Shown: positions 49,383-60,446, counted from the first letter of the stretch. The stretch is 64,000 nucleotides of DNA from Candidatus Binatia bacterium (GCA_963664015.2 CAXXLF010000001.1:1152001-1216000), one strand, 5' to 3'. The notes: a model not told the origin generated them from the sequence alone. Numbers and translations: made by a program.

Positions 49383-50705
49383 GTGCTCATGAGCGACGAC
49401 CTCGAAAGACTCCTCGGCCCCATGACTCAACTTGTAGTTGTCATTTTTCTAGCCTTTTTCTTTTTCGAGCTTCTGGTCGAACTCGTACTTAACGAGTTGA
49501 ATATTGGCTATGTCCAGCGCCGTCGGTCGGGCCAGATGATCCCCGATTCGTTTCACGGCAAGATAGACTCCCAACAGATGGAACGGTCGGTATCCTATAC
49601 CCTGGCAATCGACCGGTTCCAACGATGGGCAACCCTTTACGGCGCGTTGGCCACACTCCTAGTCCTATTCGGAGGCGCCCTCCCGGTCGCGGAGCAACTC
49701 TCGGCCCAGCTGGGGTCCCTCTTCCCACCCAGCCTGCACGCCAACGGCATCTTGTTCTGTCTCGGCACCGGTTTCGTCGTGTCAGTGCTGAACCTACCGA
49801 CGGAACTTTATTCGACCTTCGTGATCGAGCAACGTTTTGGCTTCAACCGGACACCGTTCGGACTCTACCTGGCCGACAAATTAAAAGGGCTGGTGCTGGC
49901 TATTTTGATCGGTGGCCCGTTTCTCTTTTGCATCCTGTGGGTGATGCGAGGGACGGGGACTAGCTGGTGGATCTGGGCCTTCTTTTTTATCTTCGGCTTT
50001 CAACTCTTAATGCTGGTCCTCTATCCTGCACTGATCGCCCCCCTGTTCAATCGCTTTTACCCACTGGAACCGGGCGAACTACGGGAGCAGATTTCGTCCT
50101 TGGCCCGACAGGTAGGACTGAAAACCAGCGGCATCTATACCATGGACGGTTCCAAGCGTTCGGCCCATTCCAACGCCTATTTTACGGGAATGGGTAAATC
50201 CAAGAGAATCGTTCTGTTCGACACGCTCTTGAAACAGTTGAATACGGAGCAGCTGTTGGCCGTTCTGGCCCATGAGATAGGCCATTACAAGCTCAAGCAC
50301 ATCCGGCGGTCGCTCGTCTTAAGGGGCGCTTTTCTCCTTACGGCCCTGTTCGTTCTGAGCTTGCTGGTGGATTATCCGCCATTCTTCCACGCCTTCGGGC
50401 TTCAGGAACCCACCCACCATAGTGCCCTGGTTCTCTTCACCTTTCTAGCCGGTCCTTTCACTTTCTATCTCAACCCCTTGTTTAACCATCTCTCACGCAG
50501 GTATGAATATGAAGCCGACGCCTTTGCCGCCGAGATATCGAACAACGCACAAGCTCTGGGAGAGGCCTTGATCGAGCTTACAGTGCAGAACCTCTCCAAT
50601 CTAACGCCCCATCCCTGGTACTCGGCCTACCACTACTCCCACCCGACTACGGAGGAACGGATCCGAGCTATGGCTGCCATGGGGAAAAAATTGGCTCAGA
50701 CATGA
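49383..50705 (+). CDS. M48A (Ste24/CAAX prenyl protease-like) metallopeptidase
   Basis: SKRSAHSNAYFTG, HEIGH, SRRYEYEAD, HYSHP; start may be 49422. Confidence 0.92.
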   Translation: MLMSDDLERLLGPMTQLVVVIFLAFFFFELLVELVLNELNIGYVQRRRSGQMIPDSFHGKIDSQQMERSVSYTLAIDRFQRWATLYGALATLLVLFGGALPVAEQLSAQLGSLFPPSLHANGILFCLGTGFVVSVLNLPTELYSTFVIEQRFGFNRTPFGLYLADKLKGLVLAILIGGPFLFCILWVMRGTGTSWWIWAFFFIFGFQLLMLVLYPALIAPLFNRFYPLEPGELREQISSLARQVGLKTSGIYTMDGSKRSAHSNAYFTGMGKSKRIVLFDTLLKQLNTEQLLAVLAHEIGHYKLKHIRRSLVLRGAFLLTALFVLSLLVDYPPFFHAFGLQEPTHHSALVLFTFLAGPFTFYLNPLFNHLSRRYEYEADAFAAEISNNAQALGEALIELTVQNLSNLTPHPWYSAYHYSHPTTEERIRAMAAMGKKLAQT

Positions 50706-51952
50706 CGATCTCCATGACCGGCACCGACGGTAATGAGGCGCGGTATCATGCGACCCATAGAGGTCCGTTTTCCCTGTATGTCCACATCCCCTACTGCATC
50801 AGCAAGTGTCCCTACTGCGACTTCAACTCCCACGTGGTTTCCCTAATTCCCGAAGACCAGTACACGAATGCCTTGATTCACGAGTTGCGTTTCTACGCCA
50901 CCAAGGCCGGCTGGGGCGGACGGTGGTTAAAAAGCATTTTCTTTGGCGGAGGGACGCCTTCCACCTTCAAGCCCCAAAGCATTGGGCGCATCCTGACCGA
51001 AGCCCATTCATTCTTTCCCTATGAAAACGACATAGAGATCACGGCGGAAGCCAATCCAGGCACGGTGGATAGCAATAACTTTGCCGGGTATCGCAGCTGT
51101 GGCGTCAATCGGATCAGCATCGGCGTCCAGTCCTTCGACCCCCGTCGGCTCAAATTCCTGGGCCGAGTGCACAGTGCAGATGAGAGCCGCCAGGCCATGA
51201 AAATCATTCGCCAATCAGGTTTTGACAACTTCAATATGGATCTGATGATCGCCCTACCGGGCCAGTCGCAGCCGGACCTGCAGGCAGACCTGGACGAGGC
51301 CCTGAGCTTCGATCCCCCGCATCTCTCCGCCTACAATCTTACCTTTGAGGAGGGAACCCCTTTCTACCGGCAATTCCGCTCAGGTAAAATCAGCTCTCTT
51401 CCGGAAGACGAAGAAATCGCAATGGCTGAGCTTGTCGAATCTACACTGGCCGGTCACGGTCTGAAACGCTACGAAATCTCCAATTACGCGCGACCTCACC
51501 GCCACTCTCGACATAACGTGAATTACTGGGAGTCCGGAGACTACCTGGGCATTGGGGCCGGCGCCCATAGCTTCCAGCAGCACGTAATCTCTCAAACTAG
51601 TGAAACTAGTGAAATTGGGGGCAAGCGCTGGCAGAACGAGAAGGACCCGGGACGCTACATAAACCGCATCCAAGATAGGCAGGATAGGCGGGACAGGCAG
51701 CAGGCGGTTGTGGAATGCGAAGAAATCGACCTCAACAGGGCGGCGGGAGAATTTATGTTCCTGGGCCTGAGAATGACTCAAGGGATATCGCACCAGACCT
51801 TTTTCAGCCGCTTCGGCAAAACCGTCGGCGAATTTTATCCCAAGATCGAGGATTGGACGAAACAGGGCTGGATGGAAGAAATTGACAACCGCTTGCGGCT
51901 GACAGAGAAGGGTCTGATGGTCGCCAATTCTATCTTCGTGGACTTTGTCTGA
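50702..51952 (+). CDS. hemW: Radical SAM heme chaperone HemW
   Basis: LYVHIPYCISKCPYCDF, GGGTP, YEISN, HNVNYW, YLGIGAGA. Confidence 0.9.
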   Translation: MTISMTGTDGNEARYHATHRGPFSLYVHIPYCISKCPYCDFNSHVVSLIPEDQYTNALIHELRFYATKAGWGGRWLKSIFFGGGTPSTFKPQSIGRILTEAHSFFPYENDIEITAEANPGTVDSNNFAGYRSCGVNRISIGVQSFDPRRLKFLGRVHSADESRQAMKIIRQSGFDNFNMDLMIALPGQSQPDLQADLDEALSFDPPHLSAYNLTFEEGTPFYRQFRSGKISSLPEDEEIAMAELVESTLAGHGLKRYEISNYARPHRHSRHNVNYWESGDYLGIGAGAHSFQQHVISQTSETSEIGGKRWQNEKDPGRYINRIQDRQDRRDRQQAVVECEEIDLNRAAGEFMFLGLRMTQGISHQTFFSRFGKTVGEFYPKIEDWTKQGWMEEIDNRLRLTEKGLMVANSIFVDFV

Positions 51953-52007
51953 CCGGAACGGCCACAGAATCCCCTCTGGCAAGTCTAGGCAGAGTGCCTT
52001 TCGTTGC

Positions 52008-53270
52008 TTAGGTCCCTACGGCCCATGAGGTGAGATAGGTCTTCTGCGTATCGGTGAGCTTGTCTAAGTGGATTCCCATGCTGATGAGCTTCAACCGGGC
52101 CACCCATTCTTCAACCACAGTGGGAACATCGTAGACCTCGGCCTTGAGCTTCTTGCGGTTTTTCAAGGCCCACTCGGAGGCAAGGGCCTGGGTGGCAAAA
52201 CTCATATCCATGACCGAGGCCGGATGGCCCTCCGCCGCGGCCAGGTTCACCAATCTCCCCTCTCCCAACAGGTAAACGGTTTTTCCACCGCGCAGGGTAT
52301 AGGCGTCGACATGATTTCTCACGTTTTTCCGCCGCTTCACCGCCATCTGGTTCAGCCCCTTGAGGTCGATCTCGATGTCAAAGTGTCCCGAGTTGCAGAG
52401 GATGGCCCCATCCTTCATCACCCGGATATGATCTTTGGAGATAACGTGCATGTCGCCAGTCACCGTGACGAAGAGGTCCCCCACTCTAGCGGCCTCTTTC
52501 ATCGACATCACCTGAAATCCATCCATGACGGCCTCCAGGGCGCGGACCGGATCCACCTCGGTGACGATCACCTGAGCGCCCATGCCTCGTCCCCGGGACG
52601 CCAACCCTTTGCCGCACCATCCGTAACCGGCTATGACCATCCGTTTTCCCGCCAGAAGAACATCCGTTGCACGGATGATACCGTCGATGGTCGACTGACC
52701 GGTACCGTATCGATTGTCGAATAGGTGTTTGGTCGCGGCATCGTTTACGGCTATCACCGGGATCTTCAGCGCGCCATCCTGCGCCAACGCGCGCAGGCGA
52801 ATGACACCCGTGGTGGTCTCCTCCATGCTGGCTACCATCTGGGGGGCAAACTTGGTGTACTCTTTATGAAGCAAGGAAACCAGGTCCGCTCCGTCGTCCA
52901 GGGTAAGGAGCGGTTTGTGATCCAGAGCCGCACGCAGATGGCGATAATAGGTCCTACGGTCTTCACCGCGTACGGCGTAGACTGAGATACGGTCGTGCTT
53001 GACCAGCGAGGCCGCCACATCGTCCTGCGTGGAAAGCGGATTGGACGCGCAAAGGAGAACTTGAGCACCTCCGGCTTTGAGCGCCCTAAGCAGATTAGCC
53101 GTTTCTGCGGTCACGTGAAGACAAGCCGAAACGCGCATCCCTCGAAGGGGCTTTTCTTTCAAAAAGCGGTCGCGTACTTTGCGCAAGACGGGCATCTCCT
53201 GATCAGCCCACAGGACGCGCTTTCTTCCGTCATCAGCCAAACGCATACTCTTAACATGGTATTTATTCAT
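52008..53270 (-). CDS. ahcY: S-adenosylhomocysteine hydrolase
   Basis: [36 protein letters not shown]. Confidence 0.97.
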   Translation of the reverse strand: MNKYHVKSMRLADDGRKRVLWADQEMPVLRKVRDRFLKEKPLRGMRVSACLHVTAETANLLRALKAGGAQVLLCASNPLSTQDDVAASLVKHDRISVYAVRGEDRRTYYRHLRAALDHKPLLTLDDGADLVSLLHKEYTKFAPQMVASMEETTTGVIRLRALAQDGALKIPVIAVNDAATKHLFDNRYGTGQSTIDGIIRATDVLLAGKRMVIAGYGWCGKGLASRGRGMGAQVIVTEVDPVRALEAVMDGFQVMSMKEAARVGDLFVTVTGDMHVISKDHIRVMKDGAILCNSGHFDIEIDLKGLNQMAVKRRKNVRNHVDAYTLRGGKTVYLLGEGRLVNLAAAEGHPASVMDMSFATQALASEWALKNRKKLKAEVYDVPTVVEEWVARLKLISMGIHLDKLTDTQKTYLTSWAVGT

Positions 53271-53308
53271 TCTTCGATTCTCCCTCTCCGCCCGTCAACC
53301 GGATTTTT

Positions 53309-54513
53309 TCAGCGCTTTGCTACAGCTTTTACAAGGTCGTCCGCCCGATCGGTTCTTTCCCAGGTGAAAGTGCCGTTCACAGGGGTGCGGCAAAGTGGCC
53401 GTAGGCGGCGGTAGGTCTATAGATGGGTTTTCTCAAATCCAAAATTTCAATAATGCCTTTGGGTCTGAGATTGAACTGTTCACGTACAATCTCGGCCAAT
53501 ACGGTATCCGGTGCAACTCCCGTTCCGAAGGAATCCACCGCAACGGAAACCGGTTCCGGTACTCCAATAACGTAGGCCATCTGGACTTCGCACTTTTTAG
53601 CCAGTTTGGCGGCCACGATGTTCTTGGCAATGTAGCGGGCCATGTAGGCCGCGCTGCGATCCACCTTGGAGGGGTCTTTACCGGAAAAGGCACCTCCGCC
53701 GTGGCGGCCCATACCGCCGTATGTATCCACAATGATCTTCCGCCCCGTCAGTCCGCAGTCGCCCTGAGGGCCACCGATCTCGAAACGGCCGGTTGGGTTC
53801 ACGTGATACACCGTGTCCTTGTCCATATAGTGTGAAGGCACCACGGCTTTGATCACACCATCGATCACGGTCTCTCTGAGCTTTTCGTAGGTAACTTCCG
53901 GACTGTGCTGCGTCGAGATAACGACGCTGCTCACCCTGACCGGTTTGCCACCATCGTACTCGACGGTGACTTGAGACTTGCTGTCCGGCCGTATAAACGG
54001 GGCTTCGCCTCCCTTTCGGATTTTGGCCAGGTAGCTAACTAGCTTGTGGGCCAACTGGATCGGCAGAGGCATGAGTTCCGGGGTCTCATCACAAGCAAAA
54101 CCGAACATCATCCCCTGGTCACCGGCCCCTTGTTCCTTATGGAGCCCCTCTCCTTCAGTCACGCCAATGGAAATGTCCTGGGATTGGGGATCCACGGCAA
54201 CGAGCATAGAGCACCGATTGGCATCAAATCCCTTGGCCAAATCATCGTAACCGATATCCAAAACGACCTGACGAGCGACGTCGGCGTAACTGACCCGCGC
54301 ATTGCTCGTGATCTCGCCGGCAATCACCATGATGCCGCTCTTGACCAAGGCTTCACAGGCCACCCGGCTATTGGGATCCTCCGCCAAATGGGCGTCGAGG
54401 ATTGCATCGGAAATCTGATCGCAGACCTTGTCTGGATGTCCTTCCGAAACCGACTCGGAGGTAAAAAGGGTGTCTCCCTTTTTCATACTTGCTACTTTAA
54501 TTCGCTCTGCCAT
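53309..54513 (-). CDS. metK: S-adenosylmethionine synthetase (1-nt frameshift near 53390 as given)
   Basis: [26 protein letters not shown]; the GHFGR..FTWERTD end is restored by one extra G. Confidence 0.93.
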
Positions 54514-54585
54514 TCTCCCAGTCTCCCCTCAACGACTACTTACTAAAGTGTCATTGCATAGCGGACAGGGTACGGAAAATCAAGC

Positions 54586-54861
54586 TCAATCACCCTCGTG
54601 AAACTTTTTTTCAAAAATTTCTTCAATCGCGTGCATAGATTCTTTAGCGTCCGCGCCATTGGCGACGATACTCACCGTGCTACCCTTGGCGGCTCCCAGG
54701 GTCAAGATCCCAATGATACTTCTCCCGTCCACCACCTGACCGTCTTTGCCGATCTTGACCTCCGCCGCATACCGGTTCACGGTCTGCACTAAAAGGGCGG
54801 CCGCCCGCGCGTGCAAACCGAGCCTGTTCTTGACGTTGAGTTTCTTGCTGATCTTCGACAT
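54586..54861 (-). CDS. ptsH: HPr/NPr phosphocarrier protein
   Basis: GLHAR phospho-His motif and the RSII serine. Confidence 0.9.
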   Translation of the reverse strand: MSKISKKLNVKNRLGLHARAAALLVQTVNRYAAEVKIGKDGQVVDGRSIIGILTLGAAKGSTVSIVANGADAKESMHAIEEIFEKKFHEGD

Positions 54862-54865
54862 CGCA

Positions 54866-55732
54866 CTACTTATCGATGTCGCGGTGCTGGATGTGGATAC
54901 CCAACTGCCCCCCGCCCAACCTTCGCTTCAGCTCCTCGACCAAGACCACTGAGCGGTGTCGCCCACCGGTACAACCAAGGGCTAGGGACAAATTGCTTTT
55001 GCCCTCCCGTTGGTACTGGGGCAGCGTGTATTCCAAAAGGGAGCATAGACGACCCAAGAATTCCCCCGTTTCTTCCCGTTTGAGCAAATAGTCGCGCACC
55101 TCGTGGTCCAGACCACTCTTTCCCCTCAGCTCATTGATAAAAAAGGGGTTTGGAAGAAAGCGCACATCGATAATCATGTCGGTATCGTGAGGGATGCCGT
55201 ATTTGTAGCCAAAGGAGGTCAGGAAAAAAACCATCTCGCGCCGGCTGAGGATCTGACTGGTGCAATCCTGTATGGCCTTTTTCAGCTCATGGACGTTCAA
55301 CCGGCTCGTATTGATCACCATGTCGGCGGAGGCGAGCATTCCCTCCAGCTCCTTGCGCTCCCGTGCAATCCCCTGTTGGACAGAGCCGGACCCGGCCAGT
55401 GGATGCGGTCTACGGGTTTCGTTGAAACGGCGCAGGAGGATTTCATCGCTGGAGTCAAAGAAGAGGACTTTCAGACGGTGTCCGGCTTGACGGATCTCAT
55501 CCAGGATATCGGGCGAATATTGGAAGAAATATCCCGACCGAAGATCGATACCGAGCGCGATCTTCTGAATTTCCTCACGGTAACCCTGGCACAGGTCGAT
55601 GAATTTGGGGATCAAAAGAACGGGGAGATTATCAATGCAGAAAAAGCCGTCGTCCTCAAGCGCTCGAATGGCGTTACTCTTACCTGAGCCCGATAACCCC
55701 GTGACTACGATAATATCCAAGGCTTCGGCCAT
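54866..55732 (-). CDS. rapZ: RNase adapter RapZ
   Basis: GLSGSGKS, DNLP, ETRRPHP, SFGYKYG, GCTGGRHRSV. Confidence 0.95.
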   Translation of the reverse strand: MAEALDIIVVTGLSGSGKSNAIRALEDDGFFCIDNLPVLLIPKFIDLCQGYREEIQKIALGIDLRSGYFFQYSPDILDEIRQAGHRLKVLFFDSSDEILLRRFNETRRPHPLAGSGSVQQGIARERKELEGMLASADMVINTSRLNVHELKKAIQDCTSQILSRREMVFFLTSFGYKYGIPHDTDMIIDVRFLPNPFFINELRGKSGLDHEVRDYLLKREETGEFLGRLCSLLEYTLPQYQREGKSNLSLALGCTGGRHRSVVLVEELKRRLGGGQLGIHIQHRDIDK

Positions 55733-55737
55733 AACCG

Positions 55738-56199
55738 TTAGGGTTTGCTGTCTTCCCCCTCAATGATCGTGAAGATTTCTTGCTCCGTCCTGCCCGCGAT
55801 AATCCTCTTCCGAAACTCTGCCTTCTTGAGCAGGCGGGAGATTCTGGCCAGGGCTTCCAGGTGGTCGGAGGCTGCATCTTCAGGAGCAATGAGGAAGAAA
55901 AAGAGATGCGTTGCCTGACCGTCGGGAGATTGAAAATCGATCCCGCTGGAGCTGCGGCCTAATACGGCCAGACTTCGAGCGACCCCTGACATCTTGCCAT
56001 GGGGGATCGCCACTCCTTCTCCAATGGCGGTACTGGCCAACTTCTCTCGTGCGAGAACAGTCTCCAGAATCTTTCCGGCATCCGAAACATCACAATGGTT
56101 CGCCGCCTCCTGCGCCAACTCCTTTAGGACCGAATCTTTATCTCGGGCCTTGAGTTCCAGAATGATTCGTTCAGCCTGCAATAAATCTGTGATTCGCAA
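55738..56199 (-). CDS. ptsN: PTS IIA (nitrogen-regulatory-like) protein
   Basis: RE..STAIGEGVAIPH, HL..LA; downstream of rpoN. Confidence 0.85.
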   Translation of the reverse strand: MRITDLLQAERIILELKARDKDSVLKELAQEAANHCDVSDAGKILETVLAREKLASTAIGEGVAIPHGKMSGVARSLAVLGRSSSGIDFQSPDGQATHLFFFLIAPEDAASDHLEALARISRLLKKAEFRKRIIAGRTEQEIFTIIEGEDSKP

Positions 56200-56396
56200 C
56201 TTGGACCTTTCTTTTCCTGTGTTGAATTAGTGATGAATCACCCTGTCTATGAAATTTCAATTCCTCTGAGGTTGTACCTGAACATGCTGGCAGGGTTTAA
56301 GGGGCGCTTGGCCAATAAAATCCTATAGAGCTATTTCACCTATAGCAATCCGGATGGATCAGGTCCACCAGATTTGAAACGCATGGTTTCTTAAAA

Positions 56397-57854
56397 CTAC
56401 CTACGGAGGTACGGCTGCCTACGCCGGGAGGATGTAAGAATCCCCATGGCCTCACGGTACTTACCCACCGTACGTCGGGCGATGTCAATGGCCTGTTCCT
56501 CGAGAACCCGGGCAAGGTCCTGATCGCTGTATGGTTTTTTGGGATCCTCGGCAGAGATAAGGTTGCGGATTTTTTCCCTCACGCTTTCAGAGGCCACATC
56601 CTCGCCATTGCCCCGGCGCAGGCCACTCTGGAAAAAGTATTTTAGTTCATAAAGCCCCTGGGGGGTATAGACGTATTTGTTGGCCGTCGCCCGGCTCACT
56701 GTGGACTCGTGCATGCCGATATCCCCCGCCACATCCCTGAGCACCATCGGCTTCAAGTTGCTAACCCCCGAATCCAGGAACTCGGACTGAAACTTGAAGA
56801 TACTCTGGGTCACCCGATAGAGGGTCTGCTGTCTCCAGTGAATGCTCTTGATTAACCAGGTGGCTGCTCTGACTTTCTCTTCGAGGTAAGCCCTTGCCTT
56901 GGCCGCCTCTTCACCCTCGGCCCCATTCAAACGATGGTATAAGGAACTCACCCTGAGCTGAGGCACCCCGTCATCGTTGAGAAGCACCACATACTCGTCG
57001 CCAAGTTTTTGTATTGTAACATCTGGAATAATGGTGCGAACCTGCTCGTCGCCAAATCCCCGTGCCGGTTTGGGTTCCAAGGTGGCAATCAGCTGGGCCG
57101 CATCCAACGCCTCATCCACAGTGATACTCAGATTTCGGGCCACCCGCTCATATCGTCTTGTTTCCAGCTCAGACAGATGTCCGGCGACAATACGGGCCGC
57201 CAAACTGTCCGATAGTCCAAGATTTTCTAACTGAATGAGCAGGCATTCCTTCAGATCGCGCGCTGCAACACCTATGGGATCGAAACGCTGGATACGCTTC
57301 AAGACCCGCTCTGCATCCTCAATTGACGCCCCGGTGACCCGACAGGCATCGTCCAGTGAAATCTCCAGGTACCCCTTCTCGTCCAGATTACCCACAATGT
57401 ACTGGCCGATCTGCTGGCCACGTTCCTCTAGATCGGACAGGCGCAATTGCCAAACCAAATGATCTTGAAGTGAGTCTTTTTTGGTGAGGGTATTTTCCCA
57501 TGACGGGTAACCGTCCCCGTCATCGCGGCCGGCCTCTGCCGACAGGGACCCGTGTGTGGAGTTGGAGCCGTGGTTATCCAGGTAGTCCTGCCAGTCAACG
57601 GATCCGATTTGGTCCGTCGAATCCGAGGATAATACCTCCTGGGTTTTTTCCGGTAGCTTCTGCTCTGCGGCAGCACCCTCCTCCTCCTCACCTCCCGCAC
57701 CTTCTTCCAATGCTGGATTTTCCTGCAATTCTTGTGAGATGAGACCCTCAAGATCGATATGGGACAACTGAAGCAGCTTGATGGCCTGCTGCAGTTGTGG
57801 CGTCATGACAAGCTGCTGGGCAAGTTTCTGTATGAGTCGAATCTCAAGTGCCAT
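56397..57854 (-). CDS. rpoN: RNA polymerase sigma-54 factor
   Basis: Gln-rich region I, HESTVSR helix-turn-helix, RpoN box ARRTVGKYR. Confidence 0.97.
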   Translation of the reverse strand: MALEIRLIQKLAQQLVMTPQLQQAIKLLQLSHIDLEGLISQELQENPALEEGAGGEEEEGAAAEQKLPEKTQEVLSSDSTDQIGSVDWQDYLDNHGSNSTHGSLSAEAGRDDGDGYPSWENTLTKKDSLQDHLVWQLRLSDLEERGQQIGQYIVGNLDEKGYLEISLDDACRVTGASIEDAERVLKRIQRFDPIGVAARDLKECLLIQLENLGLSDSLAARIVAGHLSELETRRYERVARNLSITVDEALDAAQLIATLEPKPARGFGDEQVRTIIPDVTIQKLGDEYVVLLNDDGVPQLRVSSLYHRLNGAEGEEAAKARAYLEEKVRAATWLIKSIHWRQQTLYRVTQSIFKFQSEFLDSGVSNLKPMVLRDVAGDIGMHESTVSRATANKYVYTPQGLYELKYFFQSGLRRGNGEDVASESVREKIRNLISAEDPKKPYSDQDLARVLEEQAIDIARRTVGKYREAMGILTSSRRRQPYLRR

Positions 57855-57856
57855 AA

Positions 57857-58579
57857 CTAAAGCCTGAATCCTTCGCCTAGATAAACGCTACGAGCCTTTG
57901 GGCTGGAAGCAATCGTGTGAGGGCTACCCTCTTCCAAGATCACTCCATCGCTCAAAATATAGGCTCGATCACAAATTCCCAAAGTTTCTCGCACATTATG
58001 ATCCGTAATGAGAATTCCGATACCACTGGTCGTGAGCTTACGAATGATTTTTTGAATTTCGGCAACGGCGATGGGGTCCACCCCCGTAAAGGGCTCATCC
58101 AGAAGGACAAAGAACGGAGAAAGCACAAGGGCACGGGCGATCTCAAGCCTGCGCCGCTCACCTCCCGACAGGGTATATGCCTTGTGTTTGACCAGGTGGG
58201 TGATCCCAAGCATCCGCATGAGCGTCTTGCAACGGGCCTCGCGTTCCTCGCGGGTTATGTTCAAAGTCTCCAGGATCGCAAAGAGATTGTTCTCGACGGT
58301 CATACGTCGGAATATGGAGGCTTCCTGGGGCAGGTAGCTGATACCGGCACGCGCCCTACGGTAGATCGGCGCCAAAGTGAGGTCCTTGTCGTTCAAGAAG
58401 ACCTGTCCTTGCTCCGGTCGGACTAGACCCACCATCATGTGGAAGGTTGTCGTCTTTCCCGCTCCATTGGGCCCCAGCAGACCAACGACCTCTCCGCTTT
58501 GGATGTTCAAATGAACCTGGTTCACAACACGGCGGCCATGAAATGATTTCGTGACTCCCTGGGCCTTGAGAACGTTCAC
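57857..58579 (-). CDS. lptB: LPS export ABC transporter ATPase
   Basis: GPNGAGKTT, YLPQEASIF, LSGGERRR, ITDHNVRETL. Confidence 0.96.
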   Translation of the reverse strand: MNVLKAQGVTKSFHGRRVVNQVHLNIQSGEVVGLLGPNGAGKTTTFHMMVGLVRPEQGQVFLNDKDLTLAPIYRRARAGISYLPQEASIFRRMTVENNLFAILETLNITREEREARCKTLMRMLGITHLVKHKAYTLSGGERRRLEIARALVLSPFFVLLDEPFTGVDPIAVAEIQKIIRKLTTSGIGILITDHNVRETLGICDRAYILSDGVILEEGSPHTIASSPKARSVYLGEGFRL

Positions 58580-59130
58580 TTCTTGCCTCCAAGATCCTTG
58601 GCATCCAATTCATCAGGGAAGATCACCGCCTTGACCCTTTCTTTACCGCCTTCGACGATGCCCCGGTCTTCATTGAGATAGAGGATAATTCGGGTACCGC
58701 TGACCTGACTGTTCCCCTGGCTCACCGAAGGCTTACCCGTCAAGGTTACCGTGTTTTTTACAATGCTGAAGACCGCCCGGTTTCCCGTGGCCACTCGATC
58801 CCCCTGAGTCACCACCAGATTGCCCTGAGCAATCACCTTATCGATTCGTTTGGCAAGGGGGTTGTAAGTGGCGGTGAGAGTATCGCTCTTCAGCGTGACA
58901 TCACCACGTACGGCAACCACGTTTCCCTTATATTGTATACTGTTCTTTTTCTGATCCATCGCCATGCGATCGGACGTTATCGTAATCGGCTCTTGTTTGA
59001 CCGTATCCTTTTTCAACCCTCGGCTTTTTTTTGACCTTGCCCCCTGGGCCCCCCAAACAGGAGCGGCCATAAGGGTGATCACCACAAAACACCAGAGAGT
59101 GATTAAAGAGTTTGATTTTCGGATCTGCAT
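58576..59130 (-). CDS. lptA: LPS transport periplasmic protein LptA
   Basis: Signal peptide, OstA-like PITITSD..Y.GNV; lies between lptC and lptB. Confidence 0.88.
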   Translation of the reverse strand: MQIRKSNSLITLWCFVVITLMAAPVWGAQGARSKKSRGLKKDTVKQEPITITSDRMAMDQKKNSIQYKGNVVAVRGDVTLKSDTLTATYNPLAKRIDKVIAQGNLVVTQGDRVATGNRAVFSIVKNTVTLTGKPSVSQGNSQVSGTRIILYLNEDRGIVEGGKERVKAVIFPDELDAKDLGGKK

Positions 59131-59145
59131 GCTTCTTTCACAACC

Positions 59146-59754
59146 TCAACCGGTTTTAATCTTTTTCCCCTCGAGGAGGTCAGGCTCGATTCGGGTCTTC
59201 ACTTTCTGGTGCAGGCGAATGGTTTCGTCCTTCAGGGAAATGTCCGCCCCTATCCCTTCCATGGTGAGACCGGTGCCGATCATATCGACCTTACTCTCAG
59301 AGACGACCTGGCCCCCTTTTTGAAAATAGACGATCTCATCGGTTTTGAGAATGTATCCCTGGTAATGGACTTCCACGTTTCCCTGTAACTGTATCTTCTC
59401 GATTTCCCGCTGGACCAAAAAGAGACGCCCTTGATCCCCCTGGACTTGGATGGGCTCCCCACTTTCATGGTAAAAGGTGAGCCTCGGTCTCGTGATCAAG
59501 GCCTCCTTGTTGTCCTTGAGGTAGACGGCCTCGTCGCCCGTGACTTCCCAGAGCTTGCGCCCCGCTTCCACCTTGCTGTGCCGAAAACTCTTTAACTGAA
59601 GCTCCGCCTCCGGGACGACATCCAAGAGCTTGGTCGGATCCCGCTGGAATTCCAGGACCTTCTGCATCCACAGAGTCTCGGCAACCTTGTAAACGACACC
59701 GATGACCGAGACACCGATGAGCATGAGGATTAAGATTCGTGCCCCTCTATTCAT
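59146..59754 (-). CDS. lptC: LPS export protein LptC
   Basis: N-terminal TM and beta-rich domain; position between kdsC and lptA. Confidence 0.8.
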   Translation of the reverse strand: MNRGARILILMLIGVSVIGVVYKVAETLWMQKVLEFQRDPTKLLDVVPEAELQLKSFRHSKVEAGRKLWEVTGDEAVYLKDNKEALITRPRLTFYHESGEPIQVQGDQGRLFLVQREIEKIQLQGNVEVHYQGYILKTDEIVYFQKGGQVVSESKVDMIGTGLTMEGIGADISLKDETIRLHQKVKTRIEPDLLEGKKIKTG

Positions 59755-59901
59755 GGGATTTCCTAAACACAATCAATTTTTCAAACTATCACTATTCACC
59801 AAACCTGTAAAGAAACTAGGCATGGATATTGCGTTTGCCCCATATGTTGAGCCTAAGCCTGCTAAAGATAATAACAAAATGGTGGAACAACGGACAGAAG
59901 G

Positions 59902-60438
59902 CTAGGTAAGATACCCTTTAATGAGGGACTGCCACCGGCCCTGGGCGTGGAGAATTATCTCAATCACTTCGCGTACCGCCCCCTGCCCACCTTCCTCCCG
60001 AGTCCGGTAGTGCACCTTGTCTCGGAGATCGCTCGCCGCGTCCTTGACGGCAATGGCCAATCCTACCCGTATTAGAACCGGCAGGTCGACAATATCATCT
60101 CCAATGTAGGCGATTTCAGCGTCAGTCAGGCCGGTCTTCTTTTTGATTTTTCGGTAGGTATCGAGCTTGTTGGCAACCTTTTGGTAAACCATTCGGATTC
60201 CAAGTTCTCTGGCCCGATGGCGTACGGCGATGGAGGAGCGCGACGTCACGAGTCCCAGCCCATGACCGGCCTCGATCCACAATTTGATCCCATGCCCGTC
60301 GTGAACGTTGAAACGCTTGAGCTCCTCGCCACCGGAACCGAAGACGATCCCCCCATCGGTCAGAACTCCGTCCACGTCAAGCAAAAGCAGCTTGATTTTT
60401 CGGGCTTTCTTTCGAATGTTTGAAGGGATAGGACCCAC
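59902..60438 (-). CDS. kdsC: KDO 8-phosphate phosphatase
   Basis: DVDGVLTDG, GDDIVD, GG.GAVRE. Confidence 0.93.
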   Translation of the reverse strand: MGPIPSNIRKKARKIKLLLLDVDGVLTDGGIVFGSGGEELKRFNVHDGHGIKLWIEAGHGLGLVTSRSSIAVRHRARELGIRMVYQKVANKLDTYRKIKKKTGLTDAEIAYIGDDIVDLPVLIRVGLAIAVKDAASDLRDKVHYRTREEGGQGAVREVIEIILHAQGRWQSLIKGYLT

Positions 60439-60446
60439 GGCAGAAG

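Noticed and set aside
54514-54585. SAM or SAH riboswitch upstream of metK-ahcY
   Set aside because: The spacer is only 72 bp and shows no recognisable consensus
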